From positions 1 through 20,813 of the forward strand of contig JANMLN010000008.1 in the NCBI GenBank assembly GCA_031372565.1: a stretch of 20,813 nt of DNA, read 5' to 3'. Shown here one piece after another: positions 7,370 to 15,339 of this stretch (within the stretch, counting starts at the first letter, position 1; each line of letters opens with the position of its first letter). The notes under the pieces are model-generated. The model was not told where the DNA came from. It saw only the letters and a program-made list of their open reading frames with translations, and made no database searches. A program made the position numbers and the translations under genes. Origin of the DNA: Gemmatimonadota bacterium. Its GTDB lineage: Bacteria; Gemmatimonadota; Gemmatimonadetes; Gemmatimonadales; Gemmatimonadaceae.

Positions 7370-8059
7370 ATGACGATTGCCCTATGGACACGAGTGGTCG
7401 CTGCCGCAGCAGCGTGCGCGATCGGCGCGGTCTACCTGCACGTGCCCTGGCTGCATTTTCTGGCCAAGCCTGCCGCGACCCTGGCGTGCCTGGCGATCGC
7501 GCTGCAGGCGGCCCCGCCGCGGTCGGTGCGCTACCAGCGCGGCGTGGTGCTGGCCCTCGTGCTCGGCACGCTCGGCGATGTGCTCCTGATGCTGCCGGAC
7601 GAGGCGCTCTTTCCCTACGGACTCGGCGCCTTTCTGGTGGGGCACCTCGCGTATCTCTGGGCCATGACCGACGGCGTCCGCCTGTTCGCCCGCGTGCAGC
7701 TGGCGCTCTACCTCGGGCTCCTCGTTTCGCTGCTGCTCGTCACCCTGCTCCGCGCCGTCGAGCCGGCCCTGCGGATCCCGGTGGCCGTGTACATGATCAT
7801 TCTCGCCACGATGGCCGCGCAGGCGCGCGTGCGCGCCTTGGTCGCCCCGCGTGACGCGGGCGCGCGCGTGGCGGCCACCGGCGCGATGCTGTTCATGGTG
7901 TCGGATGCGCTGCTCGGCGTCGAGCGGTTCGTGGCCCCGTTTCCGCTGGCCACGCTCGCCATCCTGGCGACCTATTGGGGCGCCCAGTGGGCGCTCGCCC
8001 GCTCGGTGGCGGCGCCCCCTCGGAGCGCGCTCGCCGGTCCGGACACCGCCGACGCGTAA
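7370..8059 (+). CDS. YhhN/TMEM86 family lysoplasmalogenase-like membrane protein
   Basis: AKP, LGDVLL, FPYGLGAFLVGHLAY, PVAVY, GAMLFMVSDALL and ILATYWGAQWALA motifs, with multiple TMs. Confidence 0.9.
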   Translation: MTIALWTRVVAAAAACAIGAVYLHVPWLHFLAKPAATLACLAIALQAAPPRSVRYQRGVVLALVLGTLGDVLLMLPDEALFPYGLGAFLVGHLAYLWAMTDGVRLFARVQLALYLGLLVSLLLVTLLRAVEPALRIPVAVYMIILATMAAQARVRALVAPRDAGARVAATGAMLFMVSDALLGVERFVAPFPLATLAILATYWGAQWALARSVAAPPRSALAGPDTADA

Positions 8060-8086
8060 GGCCGGACCGGCGGGCGGGTTGATGCG

Positions 8087-8629
8087 TTACGTGCGCGCCA
8101 ACGCGCCGGTGAACTTCTTCCGGAACTTCGCCACCTTCGGCGCCACCACGAAGGAGCAGTACGGATTCCACGGGTTGCGCGCGAAGTAGTCGTCGTGCTC
8201 GTTCTCGGCTGGCCAGAACTTCTCGAACGGCAGCAGCTGCGTCACGATCGGCGCATCGAAGATGCCGGTGGCCGTCAGTTCCGCCATCACCTCGCGCGTG
8301 GTGGCCTCCTGGGCGGCCGAATGGCTGAGGACCGCGCTACGGTACTGCGGCCCGACGTCATTGCCCTGCCGATCCATGGTGGTGGGATCGTGGATCGTGA
8401 AGAACACCTGCAGCAGTTCGCGGAAGCTCACCTGCGCCGGATCGAAGGTCACCTGCACCACTTCGACATGGCCGGTCTTCTTGCCGCACACCTGCTCGTA
8501 CGTCGGGTTGGCAACGTGGCCTCCCGAGTACCCGCTCTTCACGGCGAGCACGCCGCGACACTCCTTGTAGACCGCCTCGAGACACCAGAAGCATCCGCCA
8601 CCCAGCGTGGCCACTTCGGTCGCGGTCAT
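8087..8629 (-). CDS. msrA: Peptide-methionine (S)-S-oxide reductase
   Basis: [52 protein letters not shown] and PYC. The ATG overlaps the msrB stop (ATGA). Confidence 0.97.
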   Translation of the reverse strand: MTATEVATLGGGCFWCLEAVYKECRGVLAVKSGYSGGHVANPTYEQVCGKKTGHVEVVQVTFDPAQVSFRELLQVFFTIHDPTTMDRQGNDVGPQYRSAVLSHSAAQEATTREVMAELTATGIFDAPIVTQLLPFEKFWPAENEHDDYFARNPWNPYCSFVVAPKVAKFRKKFTGALART

Positions 8630-9093
8630 GCGCCACCCGTGGCGAAGTACGACAGGTACGACCCGTACCCTTCGGCCTCGAGCTGCGCGACGGGAATGAA
8701 GCGGAGCGACGCCGAGTTCATGCAGTAGCGCTGTCCGGTGGGACGAGGCCCGTCGTCGAACACGTGGCCCAGATGCGAGCGGGCGACCGCGCTCTTTACC
8801 TCGACACGCCGCATGAAGAACGAGCGGTCCTCGTGGGTCACCACCATGTCCGGCGCGATCGGCTTGGTGAAACTGGGCCAGCCGGTGCCCGAGTCGAACT
8901 TGTCGCGCGACGAGAAGAGCGGCTCGCCGCTCACGATGTCGACGTAGAGGCCCTCCTCGTGGTTGTTCCAGTACTCGTTGTTGAAGGCGGGCTCCGTGCC
9001 CTCCTTCTGGGTCACCTTGAACTGCAGGGGCGAGAGCCGCGAACGCAGCTCATCGTCGGAGGGCTTCGTGAAGGGACGGTTGGCGGTTGTCAT
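8626..9093 (-). CDS. msrB: Peptide-methionine (R)-S-oxide reductase (zinc-free type), 155 aa
   Basis: [43 protein letters not shown] and [21 protein letters not shown] before ATG 9093. No CxxC pairs. Confidence 0.97.
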   Translation of the reverse strand: MTTANRPFTKPSDDELRSRLSPLQFKVTQKEGTEPAFNNEYWNNHEEGLYVDIVSGEPLFSSRDKFDSGTGWPSFTKPIAPDMVVTHEDRSFFMRRVEVKSAVARSHLGHVFDDGPRPTGQRYCMNSASLRFIPVAQLEAEGYGSYLSYFATGGA

Positions 9094-9112
9094 GGTCGTG
9101 TCCTCTCGGTCG

Positions 9113-9161
9113 GGGCGCACAGGCCGGCCGCCGTGGTTCGGCGGCCTCGGGGCCTGCGCCC
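9113..9161 (-). promoter_or_regulatory. Long GC-rich stem-loop in the msrB 5' region
   Basis: Nested inverted repeats GGGCGC/GCGCCC, AGGCC/GGCCT and GGCCGCCG/CGGCGGCC with a 5-nt loop, ending 5 nt before the SD. Confidence 0.5.
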
Positions 9162-9214
9162 TCCTGCACTCGCTACATATAGCGCCGAGCCCCCGAATTG
9201 TTTCCGGGGAGCGG

Positions 9215-9586
9215 CTACTCGGTCGGGGGAATGTCCTGCCCGACGCGGAGCAGGTTGCCGTCCGGGTCGACGAGCGCGAACTCCCGCTTCCCCCAGGCCT
9301 GATCTTCCATCGCGGTCAGCCGCGGCAGGTCTTCCGGCCCGAGCCCGAGCGTGCTCCAGCGCGCGTGCAGCCCGGCGGCGTCCTCCACATGCAGGTAGCA
9401 GCCGGCGTCGCTTCCGGTCGCATCGAGGGCGTCGTGATAGAAGAAGTGAATCGAGGCGCCGTCCATCGACATGATCACGTACCCGTCGCCTTCGCGGTCG
9501 TCGTACCCGACCGAAAAGCCGAGTGAGGTGTAGAAATCGACCGTGTCGTTCAGGTCGGCGGAGGGGAGAACGGGGTCCGAGCGCAT
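9215..9586 (-). CDS. Bleomycin-resistance protein family (BLMT/Ble-like VOC protein)
   Basis: [37 protein letters not shown] and [20 protein letters not shown] follow the Tn5 Ble pattern. Confidence 0.85.
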   Translation of the reverse strand: MRSDPVLPSADLNDTVDFYTSLGFSVGYDDREGDGYVIMSMDGASIHFFYHDALDATGSDAGCYLHVEDAAGLHARWSTLGLGPEDLPRLTAMEDQAWGKREFALVDPDGNLLRVGQDIPPTE

Positions 9587-9642
9587 GGTCGCGGTGGCTT
9601 GGGGGATCGTGCCTGAGTGTAGCGGGCACGCTGCGCACGGGC

Positions 9643-9648
9643 TACTGT
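9643..9648 (+). promoter_or_regulatory. Putative -10 element (TACTGT) of a leaderless transcript
   Basis: TANNNT 6 nt upstream of ATG 9655, with no SD. Confidence 0.5.
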
Positions 9649-9654
9649 CACCGC

Positions 9655-11469
9655 ATGATGCGCATTCTGACTGTCACGTGCCTCGCGGCGGGGGCCGCGG
9701 TTGGCGTTGCCACGACCACCGCCAGCGCCGCGAGCCCGTCCGCCGCGAGCGGTATCCGTATACCGAGGGCGGGCGCGCCTCGGGTCCATCCCGCGTCGCG
9801 CGCTGCGGCTGGGCGGGCGCCCGCGGACGCGTTCGACTCGCTGGCCGCGCGCTTCTGGCGCTGGCGACGCGACCAGCAGCCCACCACGGCGGACGACATT
9901 CCCCGCTACGAACGTGACACGGCGTGGGTGCCGCGCTGGTCACGCGCCGACATCGCGGCCGCGCGCGCGCAGCACCGCGCCTTCCTCCGTAGCTGGCGCG
10001 CCATCGACACGACCGGTTGGAGCGTACCGCGCCAGGTCGACTACCGCCTGATCGGAGCTGCCATTCAGCGGGTGGCATGGGAGCTGGACGGACTGCGGTT
10101 GCCCGAGCGCGATGCGCGGTTCTGGGTGCAACAGACGCTCGGCACCGTGCATGACGCCCTGCTGCCCCCACCACCGTTCGATGGGGTGCGCGCCCGCCTG
10201 CTGCGGCGGCGGCTCGAGCGTATTCCGCTCACCGTGGAGCACGCCAGGCTCGGGCTCACGGATCCGGCCCGGCCCTTCGCGGAGCTCGCCATCGCGTCAC
10301 TCGACGATATCGAGCAGCGCATGGCGACCGTGGTGCGCGAGCTCACGCCGTTGCTGCCACCGGCTGAGGTGCCCGGCGTGCGTGCGTCTGCCGCAACCGC
10401 CGCACGCGCGCTCGCATCGCTTCGAAGCTCGCTCGTGTCGCGGCTTTCATCGATGCACGCGCGCGTCGCCGCCGGTCCCGCGGCATATCGCTGGTTCCTT
10501 CACGAGGTGGCGCTGGTCCCGTTGTCGCCAGACGAACTGCGCGCCATGGGGAGGCAGGAGTGGGCGCGGGCCGTCGCGGGCGAAGTCACCGAGCGACAGA
10601 AGAACGCGGCGCTCCCCGAACTCCCCCTGTTCGCGAATGCCGCCGAACAGGTCGCGCGCGAGGCGGCGGATGAACGTGCGGTGCGCGAGGTGCTCGAGCA
10701 GCGCGGCCTGCTCACGGTGCCGGCGACGTTGCGTCACTACCTGAACCGCAAGATTCCCGCGTACCTCGATCCGATCGCCGAGATGGCCGTCAATGTCGAC
10801 CACGGGAGCGAGGAGCGCCTCGACGCGGACGGTGTCGCGGCCATCTGGGAGCCGTCGCCCACGCTGGGCTACTTCGGCCGTGCCATCGCGCGCGACCCGC
10901 GACCGATCATCGTGCACGAAGGGGTGCCCGGTCACTTCATGCAACTCAGCATGGGGTGGCGTCACCCGAACCCGGTGCGCCGTCGCTACTACGACTCGGG
11001 TCCAAGCGAAGGGATCGGCTTCTACGCCGAAGAGATGATGCTCACCGCCGGCCTGTTCGACGATCGGCCGCGTGTGCGCGAAGTGATCTGGAACTTCATG
11101 CGGCTGCGGGCACTGCGCGTCGAGGTCGACGTGGGTCTTGCCACGGGTGCGATGTCCGTGGACGCCGGCTACCAGTACCTGCGCGCGCGCGTCCCCATGG
11201 ACTCCACCACCGCCATCCAGGAGGCGGCGAGCTTTGCCGGCGGACCGGGGCAGGCGATCACCTACACCATCGGCAAGCTGCAGATCACGTCACTGCTCGC
11301 GGAGCGACGCGAGCAGTTGGGGCCGCGCTTCGTGCTGCGCGATTTCCACGACTACGTCTGGCAGAATGGCAACGTGCCGGTGGCGCTCATGCGGTGGGAG
11401 CTGACCGGTCGCGGGGACGACGTGCGGCGACTGGGGCCGTCCGGGGCGCCACCGCCGCGCGTGCGGTAG
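9655..11469 (+). CDS. DUF885 family secreted protein (predicted metallopeptidase-like), 604 aa
   Basis: Signal-like MMRILTVTCLAAGAAVGVATTTASA. HEGVPGHFMQ, EGIGFYAEE, RALRVEVDVGL, PGQAITYTIGKLQI and FVLRDFHD motifs. Confidence 0.9.
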   Translation: MMRILTVTCLAAGAAVGVATTTASAASPSAASGIRIPRAGAPRVHPASRAAAGRAPADAFDSLAARFWRWRRDQQPTTADDIPRYERDTAWVPRWSRADIAAARAQHRAFLRSWRAIDTTGWSVPRQVDYRLIGAAIQRVAWELDGLRLPERDARFWVQQTLGTVHDALLPPPPFDGVRARLLRRRLERIPLTVEHARLGLTDPARPFAELAIASLDDIEQRMATVVRELTPLLPPAEVPGVRASAATAARALASLRSSLVSRLSSMHARVAAGPAAYRWFLHEVALVPLSPDELRAMGRQEWARAVAGEVTERQKNAALPELPLFANAAEQVAREAADERAVREVLEQRGLLTVPATLRHYLNRKIPAYLDPIAEMAVNVDHGSEERLDADGVAAIWEPSPTLGYFGRAIARDPRPIIVHEGVPGHFMQLSMGWRHPNPVRRRYYDSGPSEGIGFYAEEMMLTAGLFDDRPRVREVIWNFMRLRALRVEVDVGLATGAMSVDAGYQYLRARVPMDSTTAIQEAASFAGGPGQAITYTIGKLQITSLLAERREQLGPRFVLRDFHDYVWQNGNVPVALMRWELTGRGDDVRRLGPSGAPPPRVR

Positions 11470-11487
11470 CGCCCGACGGTCCGTGCG

Positions 11488-12342
11488 CTACGCGGGCTCG
11501 CCCACGAGCGCGGCGGTCACTTCCCACAGACGGCGCGCCACGACATCGTCCTGCGCCTCGGCCGACAGCGGGCCCGGCTTCCGCTTCTCGAAGTAGCCCC
11601 CGTGCCGTGCGGCCGGATCGCTCGCGGTCGCGAGCCAGACGAGCGTGTCGGCGCCCTTCGCCTCCGAGAGCGCCGTCACGAGCTTGAACGCCTTGAGCAA
11701 GGTGCTGAAGACGATGCCGTTCCCGTCGCCGAACTTCGTGGCGACGAAGCCCGGATGGAGGCAGCTCGCACTCACATGCTGCGTGGCGGGGACGGCACGC
11801 AGCCGACGGGCGAGCTCGCGCGTGAAGCAGATGTTCGCGAGCTTCGATGCGCTGTACGCGCCCCACGCCGTATACGCGCGCACCGATTGCAGGTCGTCGA
11901 AATCGAGGTGGCCGCGCCTGTGCGCGCCGCTGGCGGTACTCACGATGCGCCCGTGCGGTGACGCCGCCACGTTGGGCAGGAGCAACCGCGTGAGCAGCCA
12001 GTAGGCGACATGATTCAACGCGAAGCTGCGCTCGAGCCCGTCGACGGTGACCGCGCGCTCATCGAAGATCGCACCGGCATTGTTCACGAGCACGTCGATC
12101 ACGGGGGCCGCCGTCGCCACTTCGCGCGCCGCGCGCCGCACCTCCGCTTGGCGCGACAGGTCGGCGAGGACCGTCACCGGGGCCGTGGCACCGCTTGCGA
12201 TCAGCTCCGCAGTGAGCGCATCGAGCAGCGCGCGATTTCTCCCGACCACCACGAGGCGGTGGCCCGCGGCGCCGAGCGCCAGCGCCGCCTGGCGCCCGAT
12301 GCCGCTCGTGGCCCCGGTGAGCACGATCGTCGAACTGGCCAT
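11488..12342 (-). CDS. Short-chain dehydrogenase/reductase (retinol-dehydrogenase-like subgroup), 284 aa
   Basis: TGATSGIG, DLS, DVLVNNAG, FALNH, YSASK catalytic motif and LHPGFVAT. ATG 12342 lies 14 nt after the phoD stop. Confidence 0.92.
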   Translation of the reverse strand: MASSTIVLTGATSGIGRQAALALGAAGHRLVVVGRNRALLDALTAELIASGATAPVTVLADLSRQAEVRRAAREVATAAPVIDVLVNNAGAIFDERAVTVDGLERSFALNHVAYWLLTRLLLPNVAASPHGRIVSTASGAHRRGHLDFDDLQSVRAYTAWGAYSASKLANICFTRELARRLRAVPATQHVSASCLHPGFVATKFGDGNGIVFSTLLKAFKLVTALSEAKGADTLVWLATASDPAARHGGYFEKRKPGPLSAEAQDDVVARRLWEVTAALVGEPA

Positions 12343-12356
12343 GGACGAGGCCGCGC

Positions 12357-13907
12357 TCAGGCGTCCAGCCGTTCGAGCCCCGCGCGTCCCGGCGCGAGCT
12401 TCCAGCGGCTGGCCGTCGTCAGCGGCGCACCGGCGCGCGAGACGTACGCAAGCGCACGGACGTCGCAGGTGAACGCGTCGGCGCTCGCGCGGCACGAGAG
12501 GTATCCACGACGAGCGCTGTGCCACTTGAGCGAATCGGCCGAGCTCGCCTTGTACGGGGCGTAGTAGCGCGACACCTCCTCGCCGTCGCCTTCGCTCGAA
12601 ATCGATGTCCCCACGAACTCGGCCGCAACAATCGGCCGGTCCTCCCGATCGAAGCCTGTACGCAGGTCCCACACGTAGTTGGCGTGAATGTCGCCCGTGA
12701 CGATGGCCGTGCGACCGGGTGCGTGCTCTGCGATCGCGCGCATCAGCCGGTCGCGCGCGGCCGGATATCCGCTCCACGCGTCCATGTACACCACGGTGCC
12801 GTCCTTCGGCTGCACATCCGTCATCCCGACCATCACGGGGTTACCGAGCACCTGCCAGCGCGCCGTCGATTGCCGGAGGCCATCGAAGAGCCACCGTTCC
12901 TGCGTGTCGCCGAGCATGGTGCGCGCCGGATCACTCCAGTCGCCGCATGGGATGACCTTGTTCCCGTCGCCGCACGCCTGGTCGGTGCGATACTGGCGCG
13001 CGTCCAGCATGTGCACGTCTGCCGTGCGACCCCAGCTGAGGCGCTGGTAGATCATGAGATCATGCCAGTTGCTGGCGCGCGGCACGCGCACGGGCATGTG
13101 TTCCCACCACGACTGGTACGCAGCGGTGCGCCGAGCCGTGGTGGACGCGGTGGGCCCGCGGTCGAACTGCCCGATGTCCTGCGCGTAGTTGTTGCTGACC
13201 TCGTGGTCGTCCCACGTGATGAGCCAGGGGCAGTGGGCATGCGCGCCTTGCAGCATCGGGTCGGAGCGGTACTGCGCGTACCGCTGACGATAGTCGTCGA
13301 GCGTCACGCACTCGCCACCGGCATGGAATCGCGCCCGATTCTTGATCCCGCCCTGCTCGTAGATGTAGTCACCGAGGAACAGGACGAGATCGACCGGCTC
13401 GCTCGCCATGTGTTCGTACGCCGTGTAGTACCCGTACTCGTAGTGCTGGCAGCTCGCGACCGCGAAGGCGAGCGGGACGTCGGCACCGGGCGCCGGCGCA
13501 GTGCGCGTCCGTCCAACCGGACTCGGTCCGTCCGCCGTGAGAAACCGGTAGAAGTACCAGCGACCCGGCTGCAATCCGTTCACCTCGACATGCACCGAGT
13601 GCGCGAGCTCGGGAATCGCCGTCGCCGTGCCACGCTGCACGATGCGGGCGAACTGTGCATCATTGGCCAGCTCCCACCGCACCTCGATACGCGCCGAGCC
13701 CAGCCCGCCCAGTGGCTCGAGCGGCTGTGACGCGAGGCGCGTCCAGAGCACGACACTCGTGGACGTGGGATCACCGGACGCCACGCCCAAGGCGAACGGA
13801 TTCCCGGCAAACGGAAAGCGGCGCGCGATGCGCCACGCGGCAGGTGCCCCGGCCGCGAGCGCTGCGTATCGGGACAGGTCGGCGAGGAACTCGCGGCGGT
13901 GGCTCAT
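12357..13907 (-). CDS. phoD: Alkaline phosphatase D family protein with Tat signal
   Basis: SHRREFL twin-arginine motif. PFALGVASGDP, VVLWTR, ASCQHY, FLGDYIYE, WDDHEV, LDARQYR, DAWSGY and TGDIH. Confidence 0.95.
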   Translation of the reverse strand: MSHRREFLADLSRYAALAAGAPAAWRIARRFPFAGNPFALGVASGDPTSTSVVLWTRLASQPLEPLGGLGSARIEVRWELANDAQFARIVQRGTATAIPELAHSVHVEVNGLQPGRWYFYRFLTADGPSPVGRTRTAPAPGADVPLAFAVASCQHYEYGYYTAYEHMASEPVDLVLFLGDYIYEQGGIKNRARFHAGGECVTLDDYRQRYAQYRSDPMLQGAHAHCPWLITWDDHEVSNNYAQDIGQFDRGPTASTTARRTAAYQSWWEHMPVRVPRASNWHDLMIYQRLSWGRTADVHMLDARQYRTDQACGDGNKVIPCGDWSDPARTMLGDTQERWLFDGLRQSTARWQVLGNPVMVGMTDVQPKDGTVVYMDAWSGYPAARDRLMRAIAEHAPGRTAIVTGDIHANYVWDLRTGFDREDRPIVAAEFVGTSISSEGDGEEVSRYYAPYKASSADSLKWHSARRGYLSCRASADAFTCDVRALAYVSRAGAPLTTASRWKLAPGRAGLERLDA

Positions 13908-13989
13908 GTGTTCACGTGTCGGAGGCGGGCCTTGGGGGCCCAGGTGTGCGAACGTTCAGTGTACTCGTCACGGTCACGTGGGACGTACC

Positions 13990-15339
13990 CTACACCGCGT
14001 CCGACAGGCTCGTGAAGTTGAAATCGCGGATCTTGAGGCTGGGCATCACCTGATTGGTTGCCGTGCGCTCGGCCTGCCCGATCTCGTCGATCCGGTTGAG
14101 CATGAACAGGGGACTCTCGTTCCAGCGAAAGTTCTTGAGCGCACGCGTCACCTTGCCCTTCTCGATCAGGAAGGTCCCGTCGCGGGTGAGGCCGGTGAGC
14201 AACACCGTGCGCGGGTCGAGCGGCCGGATGTAGAACATGTGCGTCACGAGAATGCCGCGCTCGGTTCCCGCGATCAGCTCGGCCGTGCTCTTGGTACCGC
14301 CCACCATCTTGAGGCCGCCGGGCAACCCTCCGCCAAAGCCGCCGCCGCCGCCGGTCGCTTCCTTCCCCTGCTTCGCTGCCCAGTAGCGCGAGTAGGACAG
14401 CGCCTTGAGCACGCCGTTCTCGATCCAGACGCGACGCTGGATCGGAAACCCTTCGCCGTCGAACGGGTTGGCCAGCAGGTCGGGATCATTGGGATCGGAC
14501 AACAACGTCACGCGTTCGTCGGCGATCGTCTCGCCCACGCGTGTGCCGCCTCCCGTCTTGCTGAAGGCGCTCCGCCCTTCGTCAGCCTGCCGCGCGTTGA
14601 ACGAGCCCGCGAGCGACGGAATCATGTCGGCCACGGCCTGCGGCTCGAGCACGACGGTGTACCGCCCCGGTTCGATCGCCTGCGGCGTGCGGCTCTGCAC
14701 CGCCTTTCGCGCGGCGGCGCGCCCGAGTCCAGCCGCATCGAGCAGCGCCCAGTCACGCGCGCCACCGCTCGCCCATCCGCTGCCCGTTCCATCCGGCGTG
14801 CGCGACGTGCACGAGAGGTCGACCTGCGTGGACTGATGATACGCCCAGAGCCCCGCCTTGTTCGCGATGGCCGTCGTACCGGCCCGCGCCTCCAGAAAGC
14901 CCGCGATCGCGAGGTCGCCGGCACCGCCCTGCTCCGCGCGCGCGGCTTGCATGAGGGCCTGCACCGCCTTGGCGCGCACGTCAGGGGCGAGCCCCGCCGT
15001 CCGTTCCGCATACGCGGCCACGCTCGCATAGCGCTGGGCGCCAAGCTCGGGCATGAGCTCCGCATCTTCAGGCGAGAGCTTCGCGAGTCGCTCGGCCAGG
15101 TCCACCGTGCGCTTGAGCGAGGCGTCGTCGAGCACGTTGGTGCTCGCGGCGGCGCGGCGCTTGCCGATCGTCACCGTGACGGTCACCGTCATGTCGGTCA
15201 CGCCGCCGGAGGTCGTGATCTCGCTCGTGGCGAAGCGCGTGTTCCCCTGCCAACTGGACTGCAGGTTGACGCGCATCCCTTCGGCGGACGACATCGCGAG
15301 GATGCGCTGTGCCAGCGCGCGGGCATCGGCTTCGTTCAC
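13990..15339 (-). CDS. tldE: TldE/PmbA-type (non-catalytic) subunit, 449 aa
   Basis: NTRFA, IEPGRYTVVLEPQAV, PFDGEG, IENGVLK, LTGLTRDGTFLIEKG and NFRWNESP. No HExxxH motif. GTG 15339 overlaps the tldD TGA and has GGAGG upstream. Confidence 0.88.
   Translation of the reverse strand: MNEADARALAQRILAMSSAEGMRVNLQSSWQGNTRFATSEITTSGGVTDMTVTVTVTIGKRRAAASTNVLDDASLKRTVDLAERLAKLSPEDAELMPELGAQRYASVAAYAERTAGLAPDVRAKAVQALMQAARAEQGGAGDLAIAGFLEARAGTTAIANKAGLWAYHQSTQVDLSCTSRTPDGTGSGWASGGARDWALLDAAGLGRAAARKAVQSRTPQAIEPGRYTVVLEPQAVADMIPSLAGSFNARQADEGRSAFSKTGGGTRVGETIADERVTLLSDPNDPDLLANPFDGEGFPIQRRVWIENGVLKALSYSRYWAAKQGKEATGGGGGFGGGLPGGLKMVGGTKSTAELIAGTERGILVTHMFYIRPLDPRTVLLTGLTRDGTFLIEKGKVTRALKNFRWNESPLFMLNRIDEIGQAERTATNQVMPSLKIRDFNFTSLSDAV

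Noticed and set aside
11467..11490. Bidirectional terminator between DUF885 and the SDR (TAGCGC...GCGCTA)
   Set aside because: The stem is only 6 bp, half of it formed by the two stop codons, and there is no U-tract on either strand.
13960..13980. Pho box upstream of phoD (GTCAC-G-GTCAC)
   Set aside because: The repeat period is 6 nt rather than the 11 nt of PhoB boxes, and it lacks the AT-rich spacer.
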